DNA from: an uncultured Planctomycetota bacterium
GTDB taxonomy: Bacteria > Planctomycetota > Planctomycetia > Isosphaerales > Isosphaeraceae
Reading direction: 5' to 3'
NCBI GenBank assembly: GCA_963823665.1
Contig: CAWGMQ010000011.1
Span: forward strand, 800,001 to 864,000
DNA length: 64,000 bases
Numbering within the stretch: the first letter of the stretch is position 1; each line of letters opens with the position of its first letter. A program made the translations under genes and the position numbers. Of this stretch, positions 43,941-53,672 are shown piece after piece. A model generated the notes under the pieces. It did no database searches and was not told where the DNA came from. It worked only from the letters and a program-made list of their open reading frames with translations.

Positions 43941-43998
43941 CGTAGGGTGGGTGCAACCCACCAGCATATGATTCTCGGTGGGTTGCACCCACCCTACG
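43941..43998. repeat. GTAG-family REP doublet (REPIN-like), perfect 22-bp arms
   Basis: CGTAGGGTGGGTGCAACCCACC-N14-GGTGGGTTGCACCCACCCTACG. Confidence 0.88.
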
Positions 43999-44007
43999 GA
44001 GGATGCC

Positions 44008-47000
44008 ATGGCCGAGATCCCGACCGCCGACTGGACCTGGATCGATGCGGCGGCAGTTCGCTTCGAGCGGGAATGGAAGGCAGGCACCCGGCCGCGGATC
44101 GAGGATTTCCTGGCCGATGTGGATGAATCGCGGTGGCCGGCGCTGCTCGAAGAGCTGTTGCGTGTCGAGCGCGAGCTTCTTCAGCGGGCAGGCGAGGAGC
44201 CCGATGCGGAAGAGTATCGCCGTCGGTTCCCAGATAGCGTCGCCGTGGTCAACGCGGTCTTCAGGCCGGATCCCGGGCGATCCGAGGTGACCGGCTCCGA
44301 CCCGGCGACCACCGGAGCGATCACTTCGGGCGGGGATCACAGCGGAAACTCGGAGGCGTCGCCCGGTACCCTCGTGCGCTACTTCGGCGACTACGAGCTG
44401 ATCCGGGAGATCGGCCGCGGCGGGATGGGAATTGTCTATAAGGCTCGCCAGATCAGCCTCAACCGTTCGGTCGCGCTCAAGATGATCCGGTCGGCTGCAC
44501 TGGCGTCGGAAGACGAGCTGCGGCGATTCCAGAATGAGGCCGAGGCGATTGCACTACTCGACCATCCGCATATCGTGCCGATCCTGGAAGTGGGCAATCA
44601 CGAAGGCCAGCGGTATTTCAGCATGAAGCTGATCGCCGGCTTGAGCCTCGACAAGAAGCTGGTCGATTACACAACCGATCCCAAATCCGCTGCGAGATTG
44701 CTCCAGAAGGCCGCGGAGGCGGTGCACCACGCTCACCAGCGCGGCATCCTGCACCGCGATTTGAAACCTGCCAACATCCTGCTCGACGATCACGGCGAGC
44801 CGTACGTGACTGACTTCGGCCTGGCCAAGCGAGTCGAAGGCGACAGCGAGCTGACGCACAGTGGCGCGATCATGGGCACACCGGCCTACATGGCAGCCGA
44901 ACAAGCGTCGGGCCGCCGCGGGGCGGTGACAACATCGAGTGACGTCTACGGTCTGGGGGCAATCCTTTACGCGCTCATGACTGCCCGTGCGCCATTCGTG
45001 GGCGACTCGATCGATGAGATTTTGGAGCATGTTCGTTCGGCCTCGCCCTCACGTCCCTCGAAAACTAACCCGCGTGCTCCGCGTGACCTCGAAGTCATTT
45101 GCCTGAAGTGTCTGGAGAAGGAGCCGGCGCGTCGGTATGCGTCGGCCGAGGCGTTTGCCGAAGACCTGGGCCGCTACCTGGCTGGCGAGGCGATCTTGGC
45201 ACGACCGGTCACGGCGTTCGAGCGTGCCGTCAAGTGGGCACGGCGGAAGCCGGTGATCGCAGCGCTGCTGGGGCTCGTCGCGTTTGTGTCGGCGTTAGGT
45301 CTTGGTGGCGTACTCTGGCAGTGGAGTGCCGCCCTAGTTGCGCGCCGTGCTGCCGAGTTCGAAAGCCAGCGGGCGAATGAACAGACCGAACTCGCCCAAC
45401 AACGATTGTACGACGTCCGGATGAATCTCCTCCATCGGTACTGGGAGAACGGTGATGACGAACGATTGCAGCAAGGGCTCGCCGAGCAACTTCCAGCCGA
45501 TGGCGCCGGCGTCGATCGACGAGGATTCGAGTGGTTCTACTGGCAACGGAAGCTCTCCTCCGGGCTAATCACCGTCAATAAAACCACCTTCGACGTACAA
45601 CCCCGCAGCTCCGCCGGCGGCACGTTCAGTCCCGACTGCAAACGGCTCGCCTCATTCGAGGATGACGGCACTGTGCGGATATGGGACGTCGCGACTGCGC
45701 AGGAGACTATCACTATCAGACACGCGAAGCGTATCTCTTGCGTGGTGTTCAGCCTTGATGGCAAGTGGCTCGCCTCCGCCGGTTCCGACCGAACGGTGAG
45801 GGTCTGGAATGCGGACTCCGGACAGGAGACACGCACCTCGGAGATGCAAAGCGGGGAGGTCTCGAGCTTGGCGTTCAGTCCCGAGGGCACGCGGATCGCG
45901 TTTGGTGACGATCAAACGCTGAAGGTGTGGGCGGTCGCGAACGGACGGCATACCGTCAGCTTGAGGAAAGATTACGACAGAATCGCGAGCTTGGCGTTCA
46001 AGCCGGATGGCATGCTGATCGCCTTGGGTGGTTTCGACGGGATGGTCAAGTTGTTGGACGCGGAGACTGGGCGGGAAACCCTCAACCTCGGCCACATTGC
46101 GAGCCGCGTCAACAGCTTGGCGTTCAGCCGCGACGGCACGCGGATCGCTTGCGCCAGCGCGTCTGGGAAGGTGCACGTCTGGGACGCCGGGACCGGACGG
46201 GAAATCTGCAGTTTCACGACGAGAACGGGCGATGGCATTTCTAACACGAGCGTGGCGTTCAGCCCCAACGGCCGGCAAATCGCGTCAGCGAGTCTGGATA
46301 GTCCCGTGCGCTTATGGAACGCCGAGACCGGGCAGAGGTCGCTCACCCTGGGCGGGCGCACGAGCGTCACGAGCGTGGCGTTCAACCCCGACGGCAGGCA
46401 AATCGCCTCTTTCGGACGGGATGGAGGGCTGAAAGTGTGGGAATTGGACGCGTGGGCTCGGCAGGAATCGCTGAGCCTCGATGTGCATAGTGGCTACGCT
46501 GTGTCTAGCGTGGCGTGCAGCCCAGACGGCAGGCAGATCGCCTCCGCCGGTTACGGCACGGTGAAGGTGTGGGATTCCGCGACAGGGCACCAAAGACTCC
46601 AAACGGATGGGCACGAAGGCGACGTGAACAGCGTTGCGTTTAGCCCCGACGGCAGGCTGATTGCCTCCGTCGGTAACGATGGGACGGTGAAAGTGTGGGA
46701 CTCGGAGACAGGCCAGGAAACTCTGACCCTCCGCTTGGATCGAAGCTTGGCGACTAGCGTCGTGTTCAGCTCGGACGGTGAGCGGATCGCCTTCGGTGGT
46801 CATGGGTTCGACGATGATCTACCGGCAATCCAGGTCTGGGACGCTAGGGCGAGACGAAAGCTCGTCACCCTCAACGGGCACTCCGACGGTATCACGAGTG
46901 TGGCGTTCAGTCCCGATGGCAAGTGTTTGGCATCAGGAAGCTGGGATCAGACGGTGCGGGTATGGGACGCTGTGACGGGGAAGCAAACCGTCATCTTCAA

Positions 47001-47373
47001 GAAACATAACGCCAAAGTCACGAGCGTGGCATTCGGCCCGGAAGGCAAGTTGATTGCCTCCGCCAGTAACGACCAGACCGTGCGAGTGTGCGACTCTCAT
47101 ACCGGACAGGAGATAACCACTCTCAAGGGGCATCGCGACGCTGTCTCGTGCGTGACATTCAGCCGCGACGGCAAGCGGTTAGCCTCCGCTAGCTGGGATA
47201 AAACGGTGATCCTCTGGGATGTCGGGACCTGGCTGGAAACACTCACTCTCAGGGGCCACACCGGTCGTATCAACGGGGTATCAATGAGCGCAGACGGCCT
47301 CACCGTCGCCACCGCCGGCGACGAAGGAACCGTCAAGATCTGGGAAGCAAGATCGCGGGCCCGGGAGCCGTGA
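44008..47373 (+). CDS. Ser/Thr kinase with TM helix and about 14 WD40 repeats
   Basis: GGAGG RBS; IGRGGMGIV, HRDLKPAN, DFG; repeated GH...[12 protein letters not shown]...D.TVKVWD. Confidence 0.93.
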   Translation: MAEIPTADWTWIDAAAVRFEREWKAGTRPRIEDFLADVDESRWPALLEELLRVERELLQRAGEEPDAEEYRRRFPDSVAVVNAVFRPDPGRSEVTGSDPATTGAITSGGDHSGNSEASPGTLVRYFGDYELIREIGRGGMGIVYKARQISLNRSVALKMIRSAALASEDELRRFQNEAEAIALLDHPHIVPILEVGNHEGQRYFSMKLIAGLSLDKKLVDYTTDPKSAARLLQKAAEAVHHAHQRGILHRDLKPANILLDDHGEPYVTDFGLAKRVEGDSELTHSGAIMGTPAYMAAEQASGRRGAVTTSSDVYGLGAILYALMTARAPFVGDSIDEILEHVRSASPSRPSKTNPRAPRDLEVICLKCLEKEPARRYASAEAFAEDLGRYLAGEAILARPVTAFERAVKWARRKPVIAALLGLVAFVSALGLGGVLWQWSAALVARRAAEFESQRANEQTELAQQRLYDVRMNLLHRYWENGDDERLQQGLAEQLPADGAGVDRRGFEWFYWQRKLSSGLITVNKTTFDVQPRSSAGGTFSPDCKRLASFEDDGTVRIWDVATAQETITIRHAKRISCVVFSLDGKWLASAGSDRTVRVWNADSGQETRTSEMQSGEVSSLAFSPEGTRIAFGDDQTLKVWAVANGRHTVSLRKDYDRIASLAFKPDGMLIALGGFDGMVKLLDAETGRETLNLGHIASRVNSLAFSRDGTRIACASASGKVHVWDAGTGREICSFTTRTGDGISNTSVAFSPNGRQIASASLDSPVRLWNAETGQRSLTLGGRTSVTSVAFNPDGRQIASFGRDGGLKVWELDAWARQESLSLDVHSGYAVSSVACSPDGRQIASAGYGTVKVWDSATGHQRLQTDGHEGDVNSVAFSPDGRLIASVGNDGTVKVWDSETGQETLTLRLDRSLATSVVFSSDGERIAFGGHGFDDDLPAIQVWDARARRKLVTLNGHSDGITSVAFSPDGKCLASGSWDQTVRVWDAVTGKQTVIFKKHNAKVTSVAFGPEGKLIASASNDQTVRVCDSHTGQEITTLKGHRDAVSCVTFSRDGKRLASASWDKTVILWDVGTWLETLTLRGHTGRINGVSMSADGLTVATAGDEGTVKIWEARSRAREP

Positions 47374-47491
47374 GCGAATCGTGAGGCATCGCGTCTCGTT
47401 GAGCCGCTTACTGAGGAATCGACGGGCGATCGCGCCATTCGCGAGGTAACGTTCCGACCACGACATATCGCTCGACCCTGCGGAGTATGAG

Positions 47492-48210
47492 ATGGCCGAA
47501 ATCCCGACCGCCGACTGGACCTGGATCGACGCTGCCGCCGTCCGCTTCGAGCAGGAATGGAAGGCCGGCACCCGCCCGCGGATCGAGGACTTCCTGGCCG
47601 AGGTGGATGAATCGCGGTGGCCGCTACTCCTGGAAGAGCTGCTGCGGGTCGAGCGCGAGCTTCTTCAGCGGGCGGGCGAGGAGCCCGATGCGGAAGAGTA
47701 TCGCCGCCGGTTCCCGGATAGCGTCGCCGTAGTCAACGCGGTCTTCAGCCCGGATCCCGGCCGATCCTCGCGACCGGCCCCGACCCGGCGACCACCGGAC
47801 CAATCACTTCGGGCGGGGATCAGAACGGAAACCAGGAGCCGGCGACCGGCACCCTCGTGCGCTACTTCGGCGACTACAAGCTGATCCGTGAGATCGGCCG
47901 CGGCGGGATGGGAATTGTGTACAAATCGCGCCAGATCAGCCTCAACCGGCTGGTCGCGCTCAAGATGATCCGTTCGGCCGCGCTGGCCTCGGAAAGCGAG
48001 CTTCGGCGCTTCCAGAACGAGGCCGAGGCGATCGCGCTGCTGGATCACCCTCATATCGTGCCGATCCTGGAAGTAGGCAACCACGACGGCCAGCGCTACT
48101 TCAGGATCAAGCTGATCGGCGGCTTGAGCTTGGACAAGAAGCTGGTCGACTACACCGCGGATCCGAAATCCGCCGCGCGGCTGCTCCGGACGGCAGCGGA
48201 GGCCGTGCAT
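47492..48210 (+). pseudogene. Truncated 5' duplicate of the upstream kinase (ends before HRD)
   Basis: Near-identical protein from MAEIPTADW to AAEAVH, then unrelated sequence; frameshift ~47770. Confidence 0.85.
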
Positions 48211-48279
48211 AGCAGAGCGACCTGGCTTTTCTGCTCGACAGAAAAGCAGATCTGGTGGGTAAACGCTCCGGAGTCCGCG

Positions 48280-48470
48280 ATGAATGGGATTCCCACCGCC
48301 GGTTCGGCCTGGATCGACGCGGTCGGTGTGCGCCTCGAATGGAAGCAAGGCACCCGCCCGCGGGTCGAGCATTTCCCGGCCGACGTGGGCGAAACGCGAT
48401 GGCCGCTGCTTCTGGAAGAGTTGGTGCGGGTCGAGCGCGTGCTCATCGAACGTGCGGGCCAGGTGCCCGG
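48280..48470 (+). pseudogene. Third, more decayed copy of the kinase N-terminal module
   Basis: MNGIPTAGSAWIDAVGVRLEWKQGTRPRVEHF..DV.E.RWPLLLEELVRVER. Confidence 0.75.
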
Positions 48471-48631
48471 TACCGCATCACTCGGTGCGTTCCACGCGCA
48501 TTCCTGCTCGGAGAAAGAACCGCATGACCGCAAGAAAGGGTCGAGCGTCGACTTGATGAACTTGCAGGAATCTTCGCGGTCTCCGTCGGCGGATTCTCGG
48601 TGATGGTTAATCATTCGGACCATGGAACTTG

Positions 48632-48763
48632 AACCCCGGCGGGTGCAACCTCGTGTTCTGCGACGGATCGGTGCGGTTCCTCGAGGACACGGTCAACGCC
48701 GAGGTCTTCAGCTCCCTCTCCACCCGCGCCGGAGGTGAAGTCATCGGAGCCGACCAATTCTGA
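48632..48763 (+). pseudogene. C-terminal remnant of a DUF1559 (H-X9-DG) prepilin-type protein
   Basis: NPGGCNLVFCDGSVRFLEDTVNAEVFSSLSTRAGGEVIGADQF*; in-frame stop directly upstream. Confidence 0.78.
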
Positions 48764-48901
48764 TCGACGTCGAGCGGGCCGATCCTCCGGAAATCCCTCT
48801 GCAGGCTGACTGTGAGCCTTCGGGCATAAGGAAGTCGTGAGATGAAGAGCCAGATGCGTTTATCGCGCACGTCTGTATCAATGGGGGGCCTGGGTCGGCG
48901 A

Positions 48902-49516
48902 TCAGCCAGCTCTACCCTGCCGCGAACCAATGCTGCGCTGCATGCGGCAAACGTGCAACGGCAGCAGCGCGGCAGCGATCAACAGGAGGAATACTGATGA
49001 GGGCTCAGGGACGGCGGCCACCGTGATGACCGCCTCAGTCGTAGCCGTCGTCCCATCGAGCGTTCCAACGTAGGTTAGAGTGAGCGAAGATGGCAACGGT
49101 CCGGTTGCCTCGACTCGGAATTCGCCGATCGTGGTCTCCGAGGTCGAGAAACCGCGGTAAACCCACGTGACGTTCTCGAGAGATGTGTCGATGGGAGGCG
49201 TGAGTGGTGGCTGGAAGAGCGGAGGTGTAATGCCCGTGGGCTGTATCGAGTAACCCCAGAACGAATTCGGTGCGGCCGTAGCGGAGGTCAATGTAACTCC
49301 GGGTAAATCGTAAACGGTGAAAAAGCCGCCGTTAAACAACGTCCCGGAAGTCAACTGAACTTCAAAGACGTAATCAACGAGCGAGCCGCCAATTGGTTGC
49401 GCGGTTGCTGATGTGATTGTGATTCCCCCCGCGCGCGCTTGGCGGTCACCGACGAACGTTGCGGCGAACACAACGAGGCCCGCCAGAAAGGAACATCGTT
49501 TGATTGCAGCTCGCAT
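48902..49516 (-). CDS. PEP-CTERM sorting-domain protein
   Basis: AAGGAG RBS; signal peptide ending ARA-G; Thr-rich body; VPEPSS, TM helix and basic tail. Confidence 0.88.
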   Translation of the reverse strand: MRAAIKRCSFLAGLVVFAATFVGDRQARAGGITITSATAQPIGGSLVDYVFEVQLTSGTLFNGGFFTVYDLPGVTLTSATAAPNSFWGYSIQPTGITPPLFQPPLTPPIDTSLENVTWVYRGFSTSETTIGEFRVEATGPLPSSLTLTYVGTLDGTTATTEAVITVAAVPEPSSVFLLLIAAALLPLHVCRMQRSIGSRQGRAG

Positions 49517-49646
49517 CGTTCGCTCCTTCTTATCGATCGTTGGTTGGACACGATTATCGGGCGTCAGATCGGCTCGCGGCGTTGGTGACTGATCAGCCGC
49601 TTCCGCTCACCCGGATTGGACGAAGAAAAACAGTCAAGCGGCGATT

Positions 49647-51366
49647 CTAACTGCGTCCAGAGGCCAGACGCAATGGCGACGTGGGGCGGCCGGGAACATC
49701 GGGAATGCGGCCCAGGCAGCGGTCGAAGGTGAGCAGGGTCAGGCCGAAGAGCATCGCCGCGACCACGGCGTACGCGGCGGTCCAGCAGAGCGCGGCAAAC
49801 GCCACGCCGGGCCAGGCATCGAGCGCGTACGGCGCGATGCTGGCGCGCGTCAGGAGCGCCATGCTGGCGACGGGGCTTCCCATCATGACCCAGTAGGGAA
49901 ACCAGTCATCGCGCGGGCGCTGGCAAACAGGAAGAAAATCAGCACGGGCCATCCCAGAGACATGCCCAGGCAGGCGATGGCGCACAGGGCAGGCGCGCGG
50001 CCGGCGCGGCGACTCCACGTGGGCAGCGCGAGGCTCAGGCCCGTGACGGCGGCGCCCTGCGCCAGGATCAAGGCCATGATGAGAAGCGCGCCGGCCCAGC
50101 GTCCAGCGGCGGTCAGCAGCAGCGTCATGACGGTCGGCAATAGTGCGAGCAGCGGGACGCGCCGGAACGCCCAGCGCCACTTCCCCCGGACGATCGTTGC
50201 GGTCGGCAGCGGCGTCGCGAGCAGCACGTCGAGGCTGCCGTGCGCGCGTTCCTCGTGCAGGCCGGCGGCCGTCGTGACGGCGAGAAGCAAAAGGCCGATG
50301 GCGACCTGACCGGCGTTGACGCGCATTGGCATCCAGATCCCGGGCACGCCGCGCGGGGCAATCATCATCAGGAACGCTGTCACGCTCAGCGCGAGCGCCA
50401 GCACGCCATAGAGGCCCCAGACGATCCGAGTCCAGCGCGACGGGGGTTGGCGGTGGCACTCGCGCCAAAGGACGGGGTTGCCGTCGAGCGTGGGCGCCCA
50501 CGGGCGGCGCCACCGGGGAGAGCGGGCGCGTGGTGTCGCCCTCTGTCTGCTCTGGCCGGCGCACACGGGCGCAGCCGCCAGATCGTGAGCGCGACCAGCC
50601 CGGCCGCGAGCACCACCGCCCCGGCCAGGAAGCGCAACTGCGCGGCGAGGCCCAGGCCCCACCGCGGCAATGCCTCGTGGACGAAGACGGTGAGCATGAA
50701 GGGATGGGTCTGCACCAGCCAGCCCGAGGGAAGCGGCCGGCTGGCAAGGTGGCTCGTCACCACGACCCAGACTGGCAAGAGCAGCAGCCAGCCGAACCAC
50801 ACCAAGTACATCGCCAGCAGCACCTCGTGGGTCTTCCTGCCCCAGAGCGAGAGCGACAAGGCGAGCGCGCAGCCGAGCACGGCGAGGCCCACGATCACGG
50901 CGAACGACCCAGCGAGGGCGACGGGGTCGATTCCCCCGAACAGGCTCGTGATCGCCAGCACGGGGAGGGCCGCGGCGATCGTCGCCAGCACCGGCAACAG
51001 CCGCGCGGCGAGCTTGCCGAGCACGACCTCGGCGCTGGAGAGGTCGGTGGCGAGGACATCGAGCAAGGTGCCGCGCGCCTTCTCCTGGCAGATCACGCCG
51101 GCCGTGGCCGCCGGCGCGGCGAGCAGAACGGTGACCACCGCCACGCACTCGATTATCCCGAAGAACATCTTCGCGAGATCGGCCTGTGCCTGCACGGTGG
51201 AGGAGGCGGTGCGGTGCGACTCGTCCACCCAGACCAGCCAGACCAGCGCCAGCCCGACCAGGAGCACGAGGACAAAGCCCGCACGCCAGGCGTACATCGT
51301 CCAGCGCCGGGTTGGCCGCAGCCACTCATAAGCAAAGACGGGACCGAGCCCGAGGCGGAGTGTCAT
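49647..51366 (-). CDS. ABC-2-type permease with two membrane domains; frameshifts ~50567 and ~49917
   Basis: GPVFAYEW, EKARGTL...LATDLSSAEVVLGKL, LDGNPVLWRE, EERAHGSLDVLLATPL..IVRGKW; no ATPase gene adjacent. Confidence 0.8.
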
Positions 51367-52212
51367 CGATCTACTCACTCGAAATGGACGGGAGCCGAAA
51401 CTCGATCGACGCGGCCAGGCGGCGGGGCATTTCGTCTGCGCCGGCGCGCATACAGAATCAATTTTGTTCGCTAATCGATCTCATCGCTGGAACCCGCAAA
51501 CTTTCTGGAAATCTCCTGGTCGACGGCGCGTCGAATCTGCAAAGTCGTCACATATTGTACATGGGGAAGTGGGGTGGGGGCGTGTTGCACCTGGCGGGAG
51601 GCGGCTCGTGGCAGCACCCGCGTTTTGCCATTTTGTCGACCGGTTCGACGATTGCTTCGGGTGGAGTGGCTGCTCTGCAACTTCAATGGGCATAATCTAA
51701 TAGGAACAGAGCGAGGCGGTTCTTCGGCGGTGGCAAAAGCTCGTGGCATATGCCACCGAAAACTGCCACGACAAATCAATGGAGTTGTGCACTATGTTTT
51801 TGGCGTTTTTTTCAGGCTACTCGAAGGGAGGTTCGTGCCGCGTGGGGTGCGCGGTCTTCCCTGCGCGAACCCCCTCCGCCGGCTGCGGCGGCAGCTCCCA
51901 AACAAGGGCGGGAGGACGAGGTTTCGTTCCCTTAATCCTTGCGGGGAAAGGACGCGCGTCGAATATACAAAACGAACTGGGGGGCAGTGGAGGGGCTGAA
52001 TCGCAGGACGGAGGGCGGAGGAGCGCGACTTACGGATGTGCTCGTGGAGCGCGCCGCGGAGCGGCACGGGGGACGTTCCGACGCCGAGCATCGGGACGAG
52101 GGGAAAGCGGAGGGCGGAGGGCGGCGGAGGGGCGATGGAAGGCAATGCGCGGATGTTATCGCCGAGCGCAACGCGGAGCATCGGAACAACGGCTGCGCGG
52201 GGCGCGAAAAAG

Positions 52213-52332
52213 CGTCGTCATTCGTAAGTGTCGATGGGCGCGAGAGTTGCTTCGAAAGTTTTTCGGCTTCGAAAAACGTCGTCATTCGTAACTCCTGTTG
52301 TGGAAAGGAGATGACGACGATGACGACGTTTT
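52213..52332. repeat. Clustered CGTCGTCAT motif: two direct and two inverted copies
   Basis: CGTCGTCATTCGTAA at 52213 and 52277; ATGACGACG at 52311 and 52320. Confidence 0.7.
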
Positions 52333-52570
52333 GGGGGGTCCGCGGGAGCTGTTCCCCCGATTGGGAAACGAAGGTGAGCGCAAGTGGTCGCGGGGACGTG
52401 AATCGGACGGACACACCCCTCGTGGATGCGGTCGCTCCTGATCTTGAAGGAATTCGGGTTAATTGTCATCCTGCCCGCGCGCCGGAGCGTGGGTTTTACC
52501 GTAGCGTGCTTCGCGCCGCGCTGCGAGAGGCGCTGCAAATCAACTGTGCGCGACGGACTGGGAGCCAAAG

Positions 52571-53445
52571 ATGCGCCCGATCCTCTTCGAGATCCCTGGT
52601 TGGGACATCAAGGTGCACAGCTATGGCGTGTTCATACTCTTCGCGTGCTTCAGCGCGCTTGGAATGTCGCTCTGGCGCGCTCGCCGGGAGAAGATCGACA
52701 CGTCCGTGGTTTACGAGCTGGCAACGTGGCTGTTCCTGGGCGGCGTGGTCGTGCGCGGGGCATGTATGTTGTGTTGCATCCGGAGATAATCCACAGCTTC
52801 TCTGACATCTTCCGAAGCTGGCAAGGCGGAAATGTTTTCTACGGATGCATCCTTGGCGGGCTAACTGGCTCTTTGTTGTACTGGTGCCGCCGGCCATATC
52901 CGCTCTGGAAAATGATCGACGTGGCCGCGCCGGCGGTCGCGATCGGTGCGGCCGTGGGGCGGATCGGGTGTTTTCTCAACGGCTGTTGCGACGGGGCTGT
53001 TTGCTCGTTGCCGTGGGGCGTGCAGTTCCCGGCGGGCTCTCACGCGTGGATGCGCCAGATGAATGCGGGACTGATATCCGAAGGTGCGGCGTGGTCGCTT
53101 CCCGTGCATCCGACACAGCTCTACGCGGCCGTGGCCGCGCTGGCTGTACTCGGTGTGCTTCTGGCCTACTTCCCGTTGCGCCGACGCCCGGGCGAGGTCA
53201 TGGCGGTTCTGATGATCACGTACTCGATCACGCGCTTGCCGATTGAGGCGCTGCGAGCGGATGAGCCTTCGGCGATTGGCGGGATGAATCCGGCACAGCT
53301 CATCAGCGTGGGTCTGTGCGTCGTGGGGCTGGCTGCATGGGCCTGGTTGCGATTCGGGACATCAAGGGCAACTGGTTCCCGGGGCAGCTTGCACGCTGGC
53401 CGGCCGCGTCGCTCGATTTCAGAGGCTGTCGACGTGCGATCGTGA
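52571..53445 (+). CDS. lgt: Prolipoprotein diacylglyceryl transferase; frameshift ~52752
   Basis: MRPILF, HSYG, WQGG.VFYG, GRIGCFLNGCC, PWGVQFP, VHPTQLY. Confidence 0.88.
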
Positions 53446-53590
53446 GGGATGGGCCTGATGGGCGGACATCGCAGAAGACTTGCCGCAGGTGCCACGTTCG
53501 TGGGGCTCGGAACCGCGGGTTAGCGACCCGAACTCAATGGCCTTTCGCGATTCTGGGACAGCGATTTACCCGAGAATGGAACAGGCGAAG

Positions 53591-53645
53591 CCAGTGCCAC
53601 CCGATCGGCACGGTCCGCGGACGGCACACGGAGTGTGCCTGCTAC
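53591..53645. repeat. REP-like cluster (CCAGTGCCACCC and CGGCACACGGAGTGTGCCTGCTAC)
   Basis: Hairpin GGCACAC-GGA-GTGTGCC ending in CTAC (GTAG on minus); lies between convergent genes. Confidence 0.65.
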
Positions 53646-53672
53646 AACGGTCGCATGATCGTGCGATGTTAT

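Noticed and set aside
51743..52805. ORFs of 130-290 aa upstream of lgt
   Set aside because: Low-complexity translations without motifs, running through decayed repeats.
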